Source of the DNA: a virus | DNA length: 37,041 nt | Reading direction: 5' to 3' (one strand) | Virus record (IMG/VR): IMGVR_UViG_3300020046_009041 | Shown here: positions 18,299-25,420 of the stretch, piece after piece | Position numbering within the stretch: the stretch's first letter is position 1 | Layout of the letters: every line of letters starts with the position of its first letter | Program-made: the position numbers and the translations under genes | Notes under the pieces: generated by a model | What the model saw: the letters and a program-made list of their open reading frames with translations, nothing else | Told to the model about the DNA's origin: nothing | The model's database searches: none

Positions 18299-19272
18299 GA
18301 TGGAATTCCGTAAACTTTAATTACCATCCCTGTAGAACCAGCCGACCCAACAAAAGAGCTATCATCCACACGAGCACCACCAGCACCAGGTGATACATTA
18401 CAAACAATGGATGACGTATCGTTATTGGAGTAAAGAGCAATTAAACCACCGCCTCCGCCACCACCACCGCCACTAGATCCCGCAGGATCTCCTATTGCTC
18501 CATCTCCGCCATTACCACCAACAGCCTTAAATGTTCCTTGGCCTAATATGTTTTTAGCAAACACCATTACGATGCCGCCACCTGATCCGCCGCCACCACC
18601 GAATGTTGAGCCTCCATCTCCGCCGCCGCCGCCACCACCACCGCCGCCAGTGAATGCAGTGGTTAGCTTTAGACCACAAGCCAATACAGCTTGAAATGGA
18701 TTAAGAATTAAATACGTACCACCTTGAACAGCGCTCAATGAAGTAATAGCTCCACCAGTTCCACCACTAGAACCAGAGCTGCCAGCTCCGCCCCTACCAC
18801 CGTTTCCGCCAAATCCATAAAGAGGGTTAGTGCCATTAGACCCAGCAAAGTTTCCACCATTGCCACCCTTAGCACTTCCAACAAATACTCCAGTTGGAAC
18901 ACCAGAAACACCAGTGCTATCACTAGCGTTGATTCCATTACACTGAATTACTCCATTATTATTCAAGTAATCCCTACAGAATATTCGAAAGTTTTGCGTA
19001 TTGATAACGCCAGATAATCCTACATTTAAAGTGCTGTAGTACATGTCAGAAGTAAGAGTAACAGTTGTGTTAACCGTTACATCCCCATCAGAGCCCATTC
19101 CATAAAGAAGAGTGTTTTGACCAGATAAAGAATCAAAGTTAGCTGGCGTTGATATTACAACAAAGCTTGCAAAGTTAATATTCTGAGGAAGGGATGTGGT
19201 AGCCCCAGCAGCAAACTGCCAAATAATCGTAGAGCCACCAATACCGTAAAAGTTATAAATATTTTGCGCCAT
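18295..19272 (-). CDS. Poly-glycine-tract protein, paralogue 2 (325 aa)
   Basis: YGMGSDGDVTV...LTSDMYYSTLNV...NFRIFC; GGGGGGGGGGDGG...GGGGGSGGGIVMVFAKNILGQG; GGGGGGGGGLIALYS. Confidence 0.75.
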   Translation of the reverse strand: MAQNIYNFYGIGGSTIIWQFAAGATTSLPQNINFASFVVISTPANFDSLSGQNTLLYGMGSDGDVTVNTTVTLTSDMYYSTLNVGLSGVINTQNFRIFCRDYLNNNGVIQCNGINASDSTGVSGVPTGVFVGSAKGGNGGNFAGSNGTNPLYGFGGNGGRGGAGSSGSSGGTGGAITSLSAVQGGTYLILNPFQAVLACGLKLTTAFTGGGGGGGGGGDGGSTFGGGGGSGGGIVMVFAKNILGQGTFKAVGGNGGDGAIGDPAGSSGGGGGGGGGLIALYSNNDTSSIVCNVSPGAGGARVDDSSFVGSAGSTGMVIKVYGIPS

Positions 19273-19288
19273 CCATGGCCCCCATTTG

Positions 19289-20449
19289 TTATGTTCTTAC
19301 TCTAAACACGTTTCCATTAGATCCATCAGCACCAGTTCCACCAGTTCCAGAACCAGCAGCGCCAGTTCCTTTAAGAGCCTGAATGGTTAACGATGTAGCC
19401 GTAGTGTCGTTTTCAGTAATAACAACAACACATCCACCGCCACCACCGCCACCACCTCCAGAGTTACCAGAAGCAGGTGTGAATCCATTTCCACCGTTAG
19501 CTTGAATTGTTCCAGATCCAGTAAGCATCTTTGCGGCTATAATTACAATTCCGCCGCCCGATCCACCACCACCACCAGCAACAGATGTATCACCAGCACC
19601 ACCGCCACCGCCGGCTCCACCAGTGTATTTGGTTGAACCATCTCGTAGAAGCGCACTAATACATGAAGGAAGAGTTCTAATAGCAACAGTTCCACCTAAT
19701 ATAGCAGATGGAACGTTTGCAGCTCCACCACCACCAATAGATCCACCACCAGCAGTTCCACCACTACCACCAGCACCACCAGAGGCATTATTGCTTGCGC
19801 CCCCACCAGAACCATTGGTCGTACTTCCATTACCACCACCACCGCCAGATCCCGCGATAGATCCAGTAGAAGGAGCGCCACCACCAGTTGAGCTAGTAGC
19901 AGTATTTCCGTTGTTTCTGATAGTTCCTTCGCAAGTAACAGTACCAGCGCAAAATAATCTAAATCCTGCTGTTGATAAAACTATTCCATTGTTTACAGTT
20001 AAAGAACTAAACATTGTATCTCTAGACAGAGACGCATTCGAAGAAATTGTGGTAGCACCATCAGATCCGTCACCGAATAGCGCAGAGTTGGTTTGAGTTC
20101 CATAAAGAGTAACCTGAGTAGCACTTTGAGTAACACCAACACCATTGGTTGCACCAATACTTCTAAACTCAAATGTAGCACCAGTAACTTGAGCAAATAA
20201 TGTGGCACCTGAGCCTAAATTAGCCCCATTCATTGCGCCATAAAGAGTAATATCGGTAGCACTTTGAGTAACACCTATACCTAAAGTAACTCCGATAGTT
20301 CTAAATTCTAGATTAGTGCCGCTAGCTTGAGCAAATACAGTCGCGCCAGTACCTAAGTTAGTACCACCAGTGATTGTTCCACCACCACCGCCACCGCCTC
20401 CACCAGCTCCACCTAATGACGTGATGATACCTGTTCCGATAATAGACAT
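19289..20449 (-). CDS. Poly-glycine-tract protein, paralogue 3 (386 aa) with an extra N-terminal duplicated ~43-aa segment
   Basis: FGDGSDGATTI...LSRDTMFSSLTV...GFRLFC; GGGGGSGGGIVIIAAKMLTGSG; GGGGGGGGGCVVVIT. N-terminal repeat GTNLGTGATVFAQASGTNLEFRTIGV... / GANLGSGATLFAQVTGATFEFRSIGA... Confidence 0.75.
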   Translation of the reverse strand: MSIIGTGIITSLGGAGGGGGGGGGTITGGTNLGTGATVFAQASGTNLEFRTIGVTLGIGVTQSATDITLYGAMNGANLGSGATLFAQVTGATFEFRSIGATNGVGVTQSATQVTLYGTQTNSALFGDGSDGATTISSNASLSRDTMFSSLTVNNGIVLSTAGFRLFCAGTVTCEGTIRNNGNTATSSTGGGAPSTGSIAGSGGGGGNGSTTNGSGGGASNNASGGAGGSGGTAGGGSIGGGGAANVPSAILGGTVAIRTLPSCISALLRDGSTKYTGGAGGGGGAGDTSVAGGGGGSGGGIVIIAAKMLTGSGTIQANGGNGFTPASGNSGGGGGGGGGCVVVITENDTTATSLTIQALKGTGAAGSGTGGTGADGSNGNVFRVRT

Positions 20450-20459
20450 AGATTACCCC

Positions 20460-20738
20460 TTAACCTGCTGTTGTACCTTTAATGTAATGAACCGTTACCG
20501 TCGCACCTGTAGCGGCAAAATAAAGACTACCAACAGAGTTGAAACCAAGAGCACCGGTATCCATAAGATAACCTTTTCCCCAGGTAAGTGTTGCCCCACC
20601 AATTTCAAGAGAGCCACCAGTAATATACTTAACAAGGATAGAATTTTGCCCTGCGATTAATGATAAACCAATAATTGAGCTTAATCCTACGAAAAACTTC
20701 CCAGAAATTACGTCTTGGGCAAAATCTCTACTAGCCAT
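20460..20738 (-). CDS. Small beta-rich protein (92 aa)
   Basis: AAAGGAG SD 7 nt before the ATG; G/S/T-rich. Confidence 0.65.
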   Translation of the reverse strand: MASRDFAQDVISGKFFVGLSSIIGLSLIAGQNSILVKYITGGSLEIGGATLTWGKGYLMDTGALGFNSVGSLYFAATGATVTVHYIKGTTAG

Positions 20739-20818
20739 CCTAGATCTCCTTTAATCGTTATTGCCTTAATGATGAATCACATCACCAAACATGTCCATCA
20801 ATTCTAAATCTGACTAAA

Positions 20819-21511
20819 TTACTTATAACAAAGGTCGTGAATATTATTGGTCCATAAATGAGTGTTAGGACACTGCCTTTCCACATACTCTGAAAACCTG
20901 TGGACAAGTGAGTATTGCATGTCATCCACATATCCTGGAACTGGAAGAGGTTTATGGTATTCTATAGCTAAGTAGTTTACTTGATCCCATTTAGTGAACT
21001 TATGAAGGATCTCATACTCGGCTCTTTCCACATCCATCTTCATGAAATCCACATGAGACGCTCCCACTATTTCATCAAGAGTTACTGAATCAACAGACGG
21101 AATTGCCGGATCATGATTATTAGCAAACACAATGCTTGCACCACCACTATTTTCTTTGGGAGCCACAAGCCTTGTCTTTTTTCCAGAGCTACCAACTACA
21201 CCAAGATTGTAAGGATGAACGTTATTACATCCATTTACTTCAAGATTACGTCTTAGATTCCAATAAGTGTCAGGCATAGCTTCATAAGCGTAGATGGTAG
21301 CATCAGGATAAATCTTGCTCATAAGGATTGAGAATATTCCAACGTGAGCACCGATATCGATGATTACTTTAGGATTACCAATTAGATGCTGATTCTTAAC
21401 AACACCATAGGCATCTTCTTCTTTAAACTCTCTCATGATGTTGATGATTGCTTCCGGTGAATTATCGTTGAGCTTGAGACTGTCAAGGATGGCGTTTATC
21501 TTATCTTTCAT
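20819..21511 (-). CDS. FkbM-family SAM-dependent methyltransferase (230 aa)
   Basis: VIIDIGAHVGIFSILMSKIYPDATIYAYEAMPDTYWNLRRNLEVNG matches the FkbM-type glycine motif and layout as I remember it. Confidence 0.75.
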   Translation of the reverse strand: MKDKINAILDSLKLNDNSPEAIINIMREFKEEDAYGVVKNQHLIGNPKVIIDIGAHVGIFSILMSKIYPDATIYAYEAMPDTYWNLRRNLEVNGCNNVHPYNLGVVGSSGKKTRLVAPKENSGGASIVFANNHDPAIPSVDSVTLDEIVGASHVDFMKMDVERAEYEILHKFTKWDQVNYLAIEYHKPLPVPGYVDDMQYSLVHRFSEYVERQCPNTHLWTNNIHDLCYK

Positions 21512-21519
21512 TTTATTCC

Positions 21520-21660
21520 TTAAATTTTTGGATTCCAGTACATGTCGATTTGATCTTTAAGAAGATCAACTTCACGTTGTAGTGCTGCTACCTTTTCAAT
21601 TAGAGAAGTAATTTGAATAGTAAGAACGGCCCATGCCTTATCGACTTGATTATCTTCCAT
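21520..21660 (-). CDS. Small coiled-coil ORF (46 aa) missing from the 60-aa track: MEDNQVDKAWAVLTIQITSLIEKVAALQREVDLLKDQIDMYWNPKI
   Basis: Hand translation; AAGGAG 5 nt upstream of the ATG at 21660; fills the gap between terL-N and the methyltransferase. Confidence 0.5.
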   Translation of the reverse strand: MEDNQVDKAWAVLTIQITSLIEKVAALQREVDLLKDQIDMYWNPKI

Positions 21661-21679
21661 CACCACTCCTTGGGTATGA

Positions 21680-22405
21680 TTACAATAATACGCCCATATT
21701 ATTTTGCAACGGTTGTTCCATGCTCTTCAGTATTTTACCCGGGAGATCATTCTCGGAGTATCGCGTTGCAGTTACTACAACAGTTCCATCTGGCTCAAGG
21801 ATGGCCATGTTGTACTTGAAATGATCCCAACACTTCTCACATGCTTCTGGTGTTTGAGAGTTATTGTTAGAGTTTAAGTCGTCCACGAGTAGAACATCAA
21901 CGTGCTGACCGACTTTTGTGGTGCCCATGCCCGCAGCTTGCACAGATGCTTCCTTAAGGTTTGTAGTACGAGCTGCAATGATGATTTCACCTTCATTCCA
22001 AACAGGACCTCTCCAATCACCAAATAGCTCAACGAATGCTGGATCTTCTAAATGTAGTTTAATAGCTCGGATAAAGTTTTTACTGTTGGTGTAGAGTTCT
22101 GAATCGACCATGATCCTAAGGTTGGGATTATTGATAAGTCTCCATATGCTATAACCAACCACTGCAATTGTGGACTTGAATGCACCACGCGGACACACAA
22201 TAAGCTTACGAGTGCTCTCAGACTCAAGTACTTTAATAATTTCACCATGAGTTCTCTTATTAACATCCTTATATCCAAGCAAAGAATTTAAGGTGTGGAA
22301 TAGTGATTTCTTATATAACTGTATAAGAAATTGTTTGCGTATTTCCTTATGATATTCTTTTGGAAATTGTTTTATCTTTTCTTCAATTGTGGCGTGCAGG
22401 TTCAT
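21680..22405 (-). CDS. terL: Terminase large subunit, N-terminal ATPase domain as a separate 241-aa ORF
   Basis: Walker A-like VCPRGAFKST, Walker B VDVLLVDDL, coupling motif VTATRYSENDL. The ORF stops (TAA at 21680) right after the ATPase domain. Confidence 0.8.
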   Translation of the reverse strand: MNLHATIEEKIKQFPKEYHKEIRKQFLIQLYKKSLFHTLNSLLGYKDVNKRTHGEIIKVLESESTRKLIVCPRGAFKSTIAVVGYSIWRLINNPNLRIMVDSELYTNSKNFIRAIKLHLEDPAFVELFGDWRGPVWNEGEIIIAARTTNLKEASVQAAGMGTTKVGQHVDVLLVDDLNSNNNSQTPEACEKCWDHFKYNMAILEPDGTVVVTATRYSENDLPGKILKSMEQPLQNNMGVLL

Positions 22406-22697
22406 TGAGCAATCTTAACACCTGTTTAATGTCATCTTTAAGCTCTTTATAATCAGCTCTGAATTGACTCATAGTCTCCCTAAAGTGTTCAAGGGTAACA
22501 AAGCTATCATTAAGACCCGCTAATCGTTTTTCTGATTCAAGCTGTCTAGCATTACCAGATAACTCAATCTGACGTATGAGTGATGTTACTTCTCTTAGAT
22601 CATCCTCTAAGCGTTTTACCTTAGCTGTAACCATACCCCAAGTAACAAGCACGCTAGATAAAGATCCAGCTATTGCAATCACAACGCTATTGTCCAT
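22383..22697 (-). CDS. Membrane-anchored coiled-coil protein (104 aa) between terS and terL-N
   Basis: N-terminal hydrophobic VVIAIAGSLSSVLVTWGMV followed by heptad-like charged sequence. Confidence 0.6.
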   Translation of the reverse strand: MDNSVVIAIAGSLSSVLVTWGMVTAKVKRLEDDLREVTSLIRQIELSGNARQLESEKRLAGLNDSFVTLEHFRETMSQFRADYKELKDDIKQVLRLLNEPARHN

Positions 22698-22699
22698 TA

Positions 22700-23125
22700 T
22701 TAATTGTTTTCTGATTTATTAAATTGCGCAAGTGCTACATTAACCAACTCAGCAGCTACGTCTTTCGCTTGTGAAAGAACTTCCTCAGTCTTGTTAATAC
22801 TTGAAGCATCCACTTTGATTTGATCATTATTATGCCATTTATGTCTGTTCTTCATGTTGAACATCCAAACAGCAGCATTAAAGCCATTTCCATTCATTCC
22901 GTTGATGCCAGCACCTTCCCAAAAACGCAGGTTTGCTGCATGTGCTTTTTTATAGGCTTCGGAGAATTCAGGATGGACTTTCAACCATTCATACAAAGTG
23001 TCAATATGAACATCAACCGCATCAGCAAATGCTTGGAAGCTGTACCCATGGCGCATATCCTCGATTAGTTGTGCGCAGTACTCTGGTTTATATTTGGTCG
23101 GCTGACCAGGCTTTTTACCTTCCAT
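22700..23125 (-). CDS. terS: Terminase small subunit (141 aa)
   Basis: GQPTKYKPEYCAQLIEDMRHGYSFQAFADAVDVHIDTLYEWLKVHPEFSEAYKKA...FNMKNRHKW, the HTH-type TerS pattern; first gene of the late unit. Confidence 0.75.
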   Translation of the reverse strand: MEGKKPGQPTKYKPEYCAQLIEDMRHGYSFQAFADAVDVHIDTLYEWLKVHPEFSEAYKKAHAANLRFWEGAGINGMNGNGFNAAVWMFNMKNRHKWHNNDQIKVDASSINKTEEVLSQAKDVAAELVNVALAQFNKSENN

Positions 23126-23134
23126 GATTGATTC

Positions 23135-23163
23135 AGATTAGAATGTGTATTAGCATTTGTCAA
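23135..23163 (-). promoter_or_regulatory. Candidate late promoter TTGACA-N17-TAATCT, 9 nt before the SD-less terS ATG
   Basis: Read on the minus strand: TTGACA (23163-23158), 17-nt spacer, TAATCT (23140-23135), gaatcaatc, ATG (23125). Confidence 0.5.
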
Positions 23164-23176
23164 ATCACGTCACTTA

Positions 23177-23209
23177 GGGGACTCTTAGCTAGGGATGCCG
23201 TTAGTCCCC
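23177..23209. promoter_or_regulatory. Inverted repeat GGGGACT-N19-AGTCCCC in the 149-nt terS upstream region (terminator of the replication unit, or a protein or pac-related site)
   Basis: 7-bp GC-rich arms read directly; a second imperfect inverted pair CTAGGGATG / CATCCTAGG lies nearby; no U-tract follows. Confidence 0.4.
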
Positions 23210-23274
23210 ACAGTGATAAACATCCTAGGACCTTAAACACACCACAATTTACTCAATAAGTCAAGTATCGTTGA

Positions 23275-23931
23275 TTAAACGAATTGTGGATCCTTATTCA
23301 AATCTCCCCAAGTCTGGATAGTGATACTGTCATCAAGTTCAATTCCTTTTGGAAAATTAGGCATAGTACCCACCACCTTCGAGGATGCCCCACAATCGCA
23401 TTTAAACTTCAGGCTGGCTTTCCCCTTAAAAGCAAAAACAATCCCAGTGTCGAGGCATATACGGCATTTGGGAGCCACTACCCAATGGCAATCTATCGGC
23501 CGAGTCCATTTTCCTTTACCTACGTTCTCTATCAGGTATCTAAGCCTCTCCGCATTAAGTTTCATTTCTTCTGGGGTGAATTCTGTTTCTTTGACGTCTT
23601 TCTTTTGAGCGGTTGTGCGTCTAACTGCTTCTCTCATTGCAAGATTTCTTAGCTGACCTGGGCCTGGCATTTTGTTTGTGAGGTCTGTTTTGTGGTATTT
23701 GATTACTGCTGCAGCAAGATCTTCTACCTCAAGATCAATGAGATCGGCGGCCCATAAAGTTATTTGTTCGGAGATATTTCGGCCGTAGTATAAACCCATC
23801 GCTGATAAAATATCGCTAATCTCTCGCCGTTTCGTCGTCGAGTACTCGTTGAGCTTCTTCATCGCTCTCAAAAGGAAAGTATTGTCCGGCGCTATCTTCT
23901 GATTCTCGTTCTGATAATTGCCAAAACTCAT
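23275..23931 (-). CDS. Replication-associated protein candidate with a C-terminal Cys cluster (218 aa as tracked; real start may be an internal Met at 23862 or 23802)
   Basis: CRICLDTGIVFAFKGKASLKFKCDCGAS zinc-ribbon-like cluster; the 5' 116 nt overlap the upstream ORF. Confidence 0.6.
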   Translation of the reverse strand: MSFGNYQNENQKIAPDNTFLLRAMKKLNEYSTTKRREISDILSAMGLYYGRNISEQITLWAADLIDLEVEDLAAAVIKYHKTDLTNKMPGPGQLRNLAMREAVRRTTAQKKDVKETEFTPEEMKLNAERLRYLIENVGKGKWTRPIDCHWVVAPKCRICLDTGIVFAFKGKASLKFKCDCGASSKVVGTMPNFPKGIELDDSITIQTWGDLNKDPQFV

Positions 23932-24811
23932 TCTGCTTTTCCATTTCTAGCATTTTCTGCTGCTCAAGTTTTCTGGCCTGCTCTTGCCCAAATCTCTCAA
24001 CGTCGTCAAGCATCTTTTGCTGTGCGACGAAATTGGGGTTTATCGCAGGAGTACTAAAATCTTCTGCCATGATGGCATTTTTCCTTGAGATTGTTATTCC
24101 AGAATCAAGCTTAGCGGTCACAGCACTAATGTTGGCCTCAAGTGTAACAAGGTCGTGTCTTTTGGTCAAGTAAAAATGATCATTCATGTCGATGTAAGCT
24201 CTCATCAAATTCTGGACCCTAACCAGCCCATAGTCTTTTAGCAGTCGAAGCAATATGCCTCGGTCTTTGCCGCCTATCGGTGGTCTAGTTTTGTATCTTG
24301 ATTTCCATGCCTCTACCCATGATCCAATTAGCGGTGCAATTTCAGAAGGAGTCTTCTGCTTGCCAGAAGCTCCGGACGCAGTCCGTTTTTCCTTTGTAAC
24401 TTTACTGTCTCCCGTAAGGAATTTATTTTGTTTTATTTTATTTTGTTTTATTTTATTTCCGGGATCACCAACTATGGTTTTCCACTCTATGTTCTGGAAT
24501 TCATTAAGGGTGACCTTTTCTATCTTTACTGTTTTGATGATTTGTGAAGTGAATTTGGTCATCAAAATGAATCGATTATCAAAAGATAGACGACATAAAT
24601 CGAATCTAACTAATTCATTTAGTAACTTTTCGATCTTGTTTCGATTGAATCTTGGAGCAATATACGACAACATTTTTATGTCATTTTCTATCACTCCACG
24701 GTCATCACAGTAGCTCAACATAGCCAAGGAAAGTAGCATTGCTGCATGGCTTACATTGGAGTATTTAGCGTCTGTCCAAATATCAAAAGTTAACATTCTG
24801 TGTCTTGGCAT
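23816..24811 (-). CDS. Putative replication initiator / organiser (331 aa)
   Basis: First gene after the divergent promoter region, with AAAGGAG SD. Helical N-terminal domain, basic middle, acidic C-terminal tail. Function call rests on position and general shape only. Confidence 0.55.
   Translation of the reverse strand: MPRHRMLTFDIWTDAKYSNVSHAAMLLSLAMLSYCDDRGVIENDIKMLSYIAPRFNRNKIEKLLNELVRFDLCRLSFDNRFILMTKFTSQIIKTVKIEKVTLNEFQNIEWKTIVGDPGNKIKQNKIKQNKFLTGDSKVTKEKRTASGASGKQKTPSEIAPLIGSWVEAWKSRYKTRPPIGGKDRGILLRLLKDYGLVRVQNLMRAYIDMNDHFYLTKRHDLVTLEANISAVTAKLDSGITISRKNAIMAEDFSTPAINPNFVAQQKMLDDVERFGQEQARKLEQQKMLEMEKQNEFWQLSERESEDSAGQYFPFESDEEAQRVLDDETARD
24423..24458. repeat. 15-nt tandem repeat (ttattttgttttatt, about 2.4 copies) inside the replication gene, encoding (NKIKQ)2
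   Basis: Read directly; in-frame unit length. Confidence 0.8.
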
Positions 24812-24829
24812 TTAGCTCCTTTTTATACG

Positions 24830-24859
24830 TTGACTAACCTACCAAACATGATTAATCAA
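24830..24859. promoter_or_regulatory. 30-bp bidirectional promoter module A. Plus strand: TTGACT-N17-TAATCA. Minus strand: TTGATT-N17-TAGTCA
   Basis: TTGACTAACCTACCAAACATGATTAATCAA. The -35 of each direction overlaps the -10 of the other. Contains the perfect 10-bp palindrome TGATTAATCA (24849-24858). Confidence 0.5.
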
Positions 24860-24881
24860 CTTTTAATCAGAAGGAGAAAGT

Positions 24882-25184
24882 ATGGCTAGAAATAAAGGAT
24901 CAAAGAACAAGAAGACACTACTAAAAGAAGCAGCAATGAAACAGGCGCTTTATTTTAAGAAATCGCTCAAATACAGAGCAGATAAAGAGAAACAGTTAAG
25001 GGAAAATGTGCTAGGCGTTGCTAAAGATTATTACACAGATACTACAACTGTAAGGGTAGTTGAGTCATATCCACGGACAGTAACTGAAGTAGATGCTCTT
25101 ATTCTAAAGAATGAAGTTCAGCACTTAAAATCTACAATTCAAAATCTTAATCTCAAGATCTCCTTACTGGAGAACAGAACATGA
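24882..25184 (+). CDS. Basic coiled-coil protein (100 aa)
   Basis: AAGGAG SD 5 nt upstream; ATGA overlap with the next gene. Confidence 0.7.
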   Translation: MARNKGSKNKKTLLKEAAMKQALYFKKSLKYRADKEKQLRENVLGVAKDYYTDTTTVRVVESYPRTVTEVDALILKNEVQHLKSTIQNLNLKISLLENRT

Positions 25185-25420
25185 GCGAAGAATATACAGA
25201 AGAAAGAATCAGAGAAGAAATAGAAAACATGAAAAGATTCCGACTAGGATTCACTGATGCTTTCCTTAAGATCGCTGCATTGGCTCAAGAAACAATGATC
25301 AAATACGATGAACATAATCTGAGAAGAATACTAACCATTTGCAGATCTGTTATTGCCCCTCATCTAGATGAAGCAATCAAAGAGAAAGAAAAAGAGAGTT
25401 CGAGGATAATATTGCCATGA
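25181..25420 (+). CDS. Hypothetical protein (79 aa)
   Basis: ATGA-coupled at both ends. Confidence 0.65.
   Translation: MSEEYTEERIREEIENMKRFRLGFTDAFLKIAALAQETMIKYDEHNLRRILTICRSVIAPHLDEAIKEKEKESSRIILP

Noticed and set aside
19623-20096. 157-aa plus-strand ORF rich in proline (PPPPIDPPPAVPPLPPAPP...), and similar antisense ORFs at 18735..18938, 19696..19884, 19999..20208 and 20370..20660
   Set aside because: These are the antisense or off-frame shadows of the GGN-rich poly-glycine genes (GGN read backwards gives CCN, which is Pro). They lie wholly inside longer, better-supported minus-strand ORFs and have no SD.
16545-22405. Intein, group I/II intron or homing-endonuclease explanation for the split terL
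   Set aside because: There are no Cys/Ser-initiated intein blocks or HN-C/S/T junction, and no HNH, LAGLIDADG or GIY-YIG ORF. The intervening 4.3 kb is filled by ordinary same-strand coupled genes. The N-terminal half ends at a normal stop, followed by an SD-led ORF.
23177-23209. tRNA or tRNA-like gene, suggested by a 7-bp GGGGACT/AGTCCCC stem followed by A
   Set aside because: The element is only 33 nt. It has no D, anticodon or T arms and no GTTC box.
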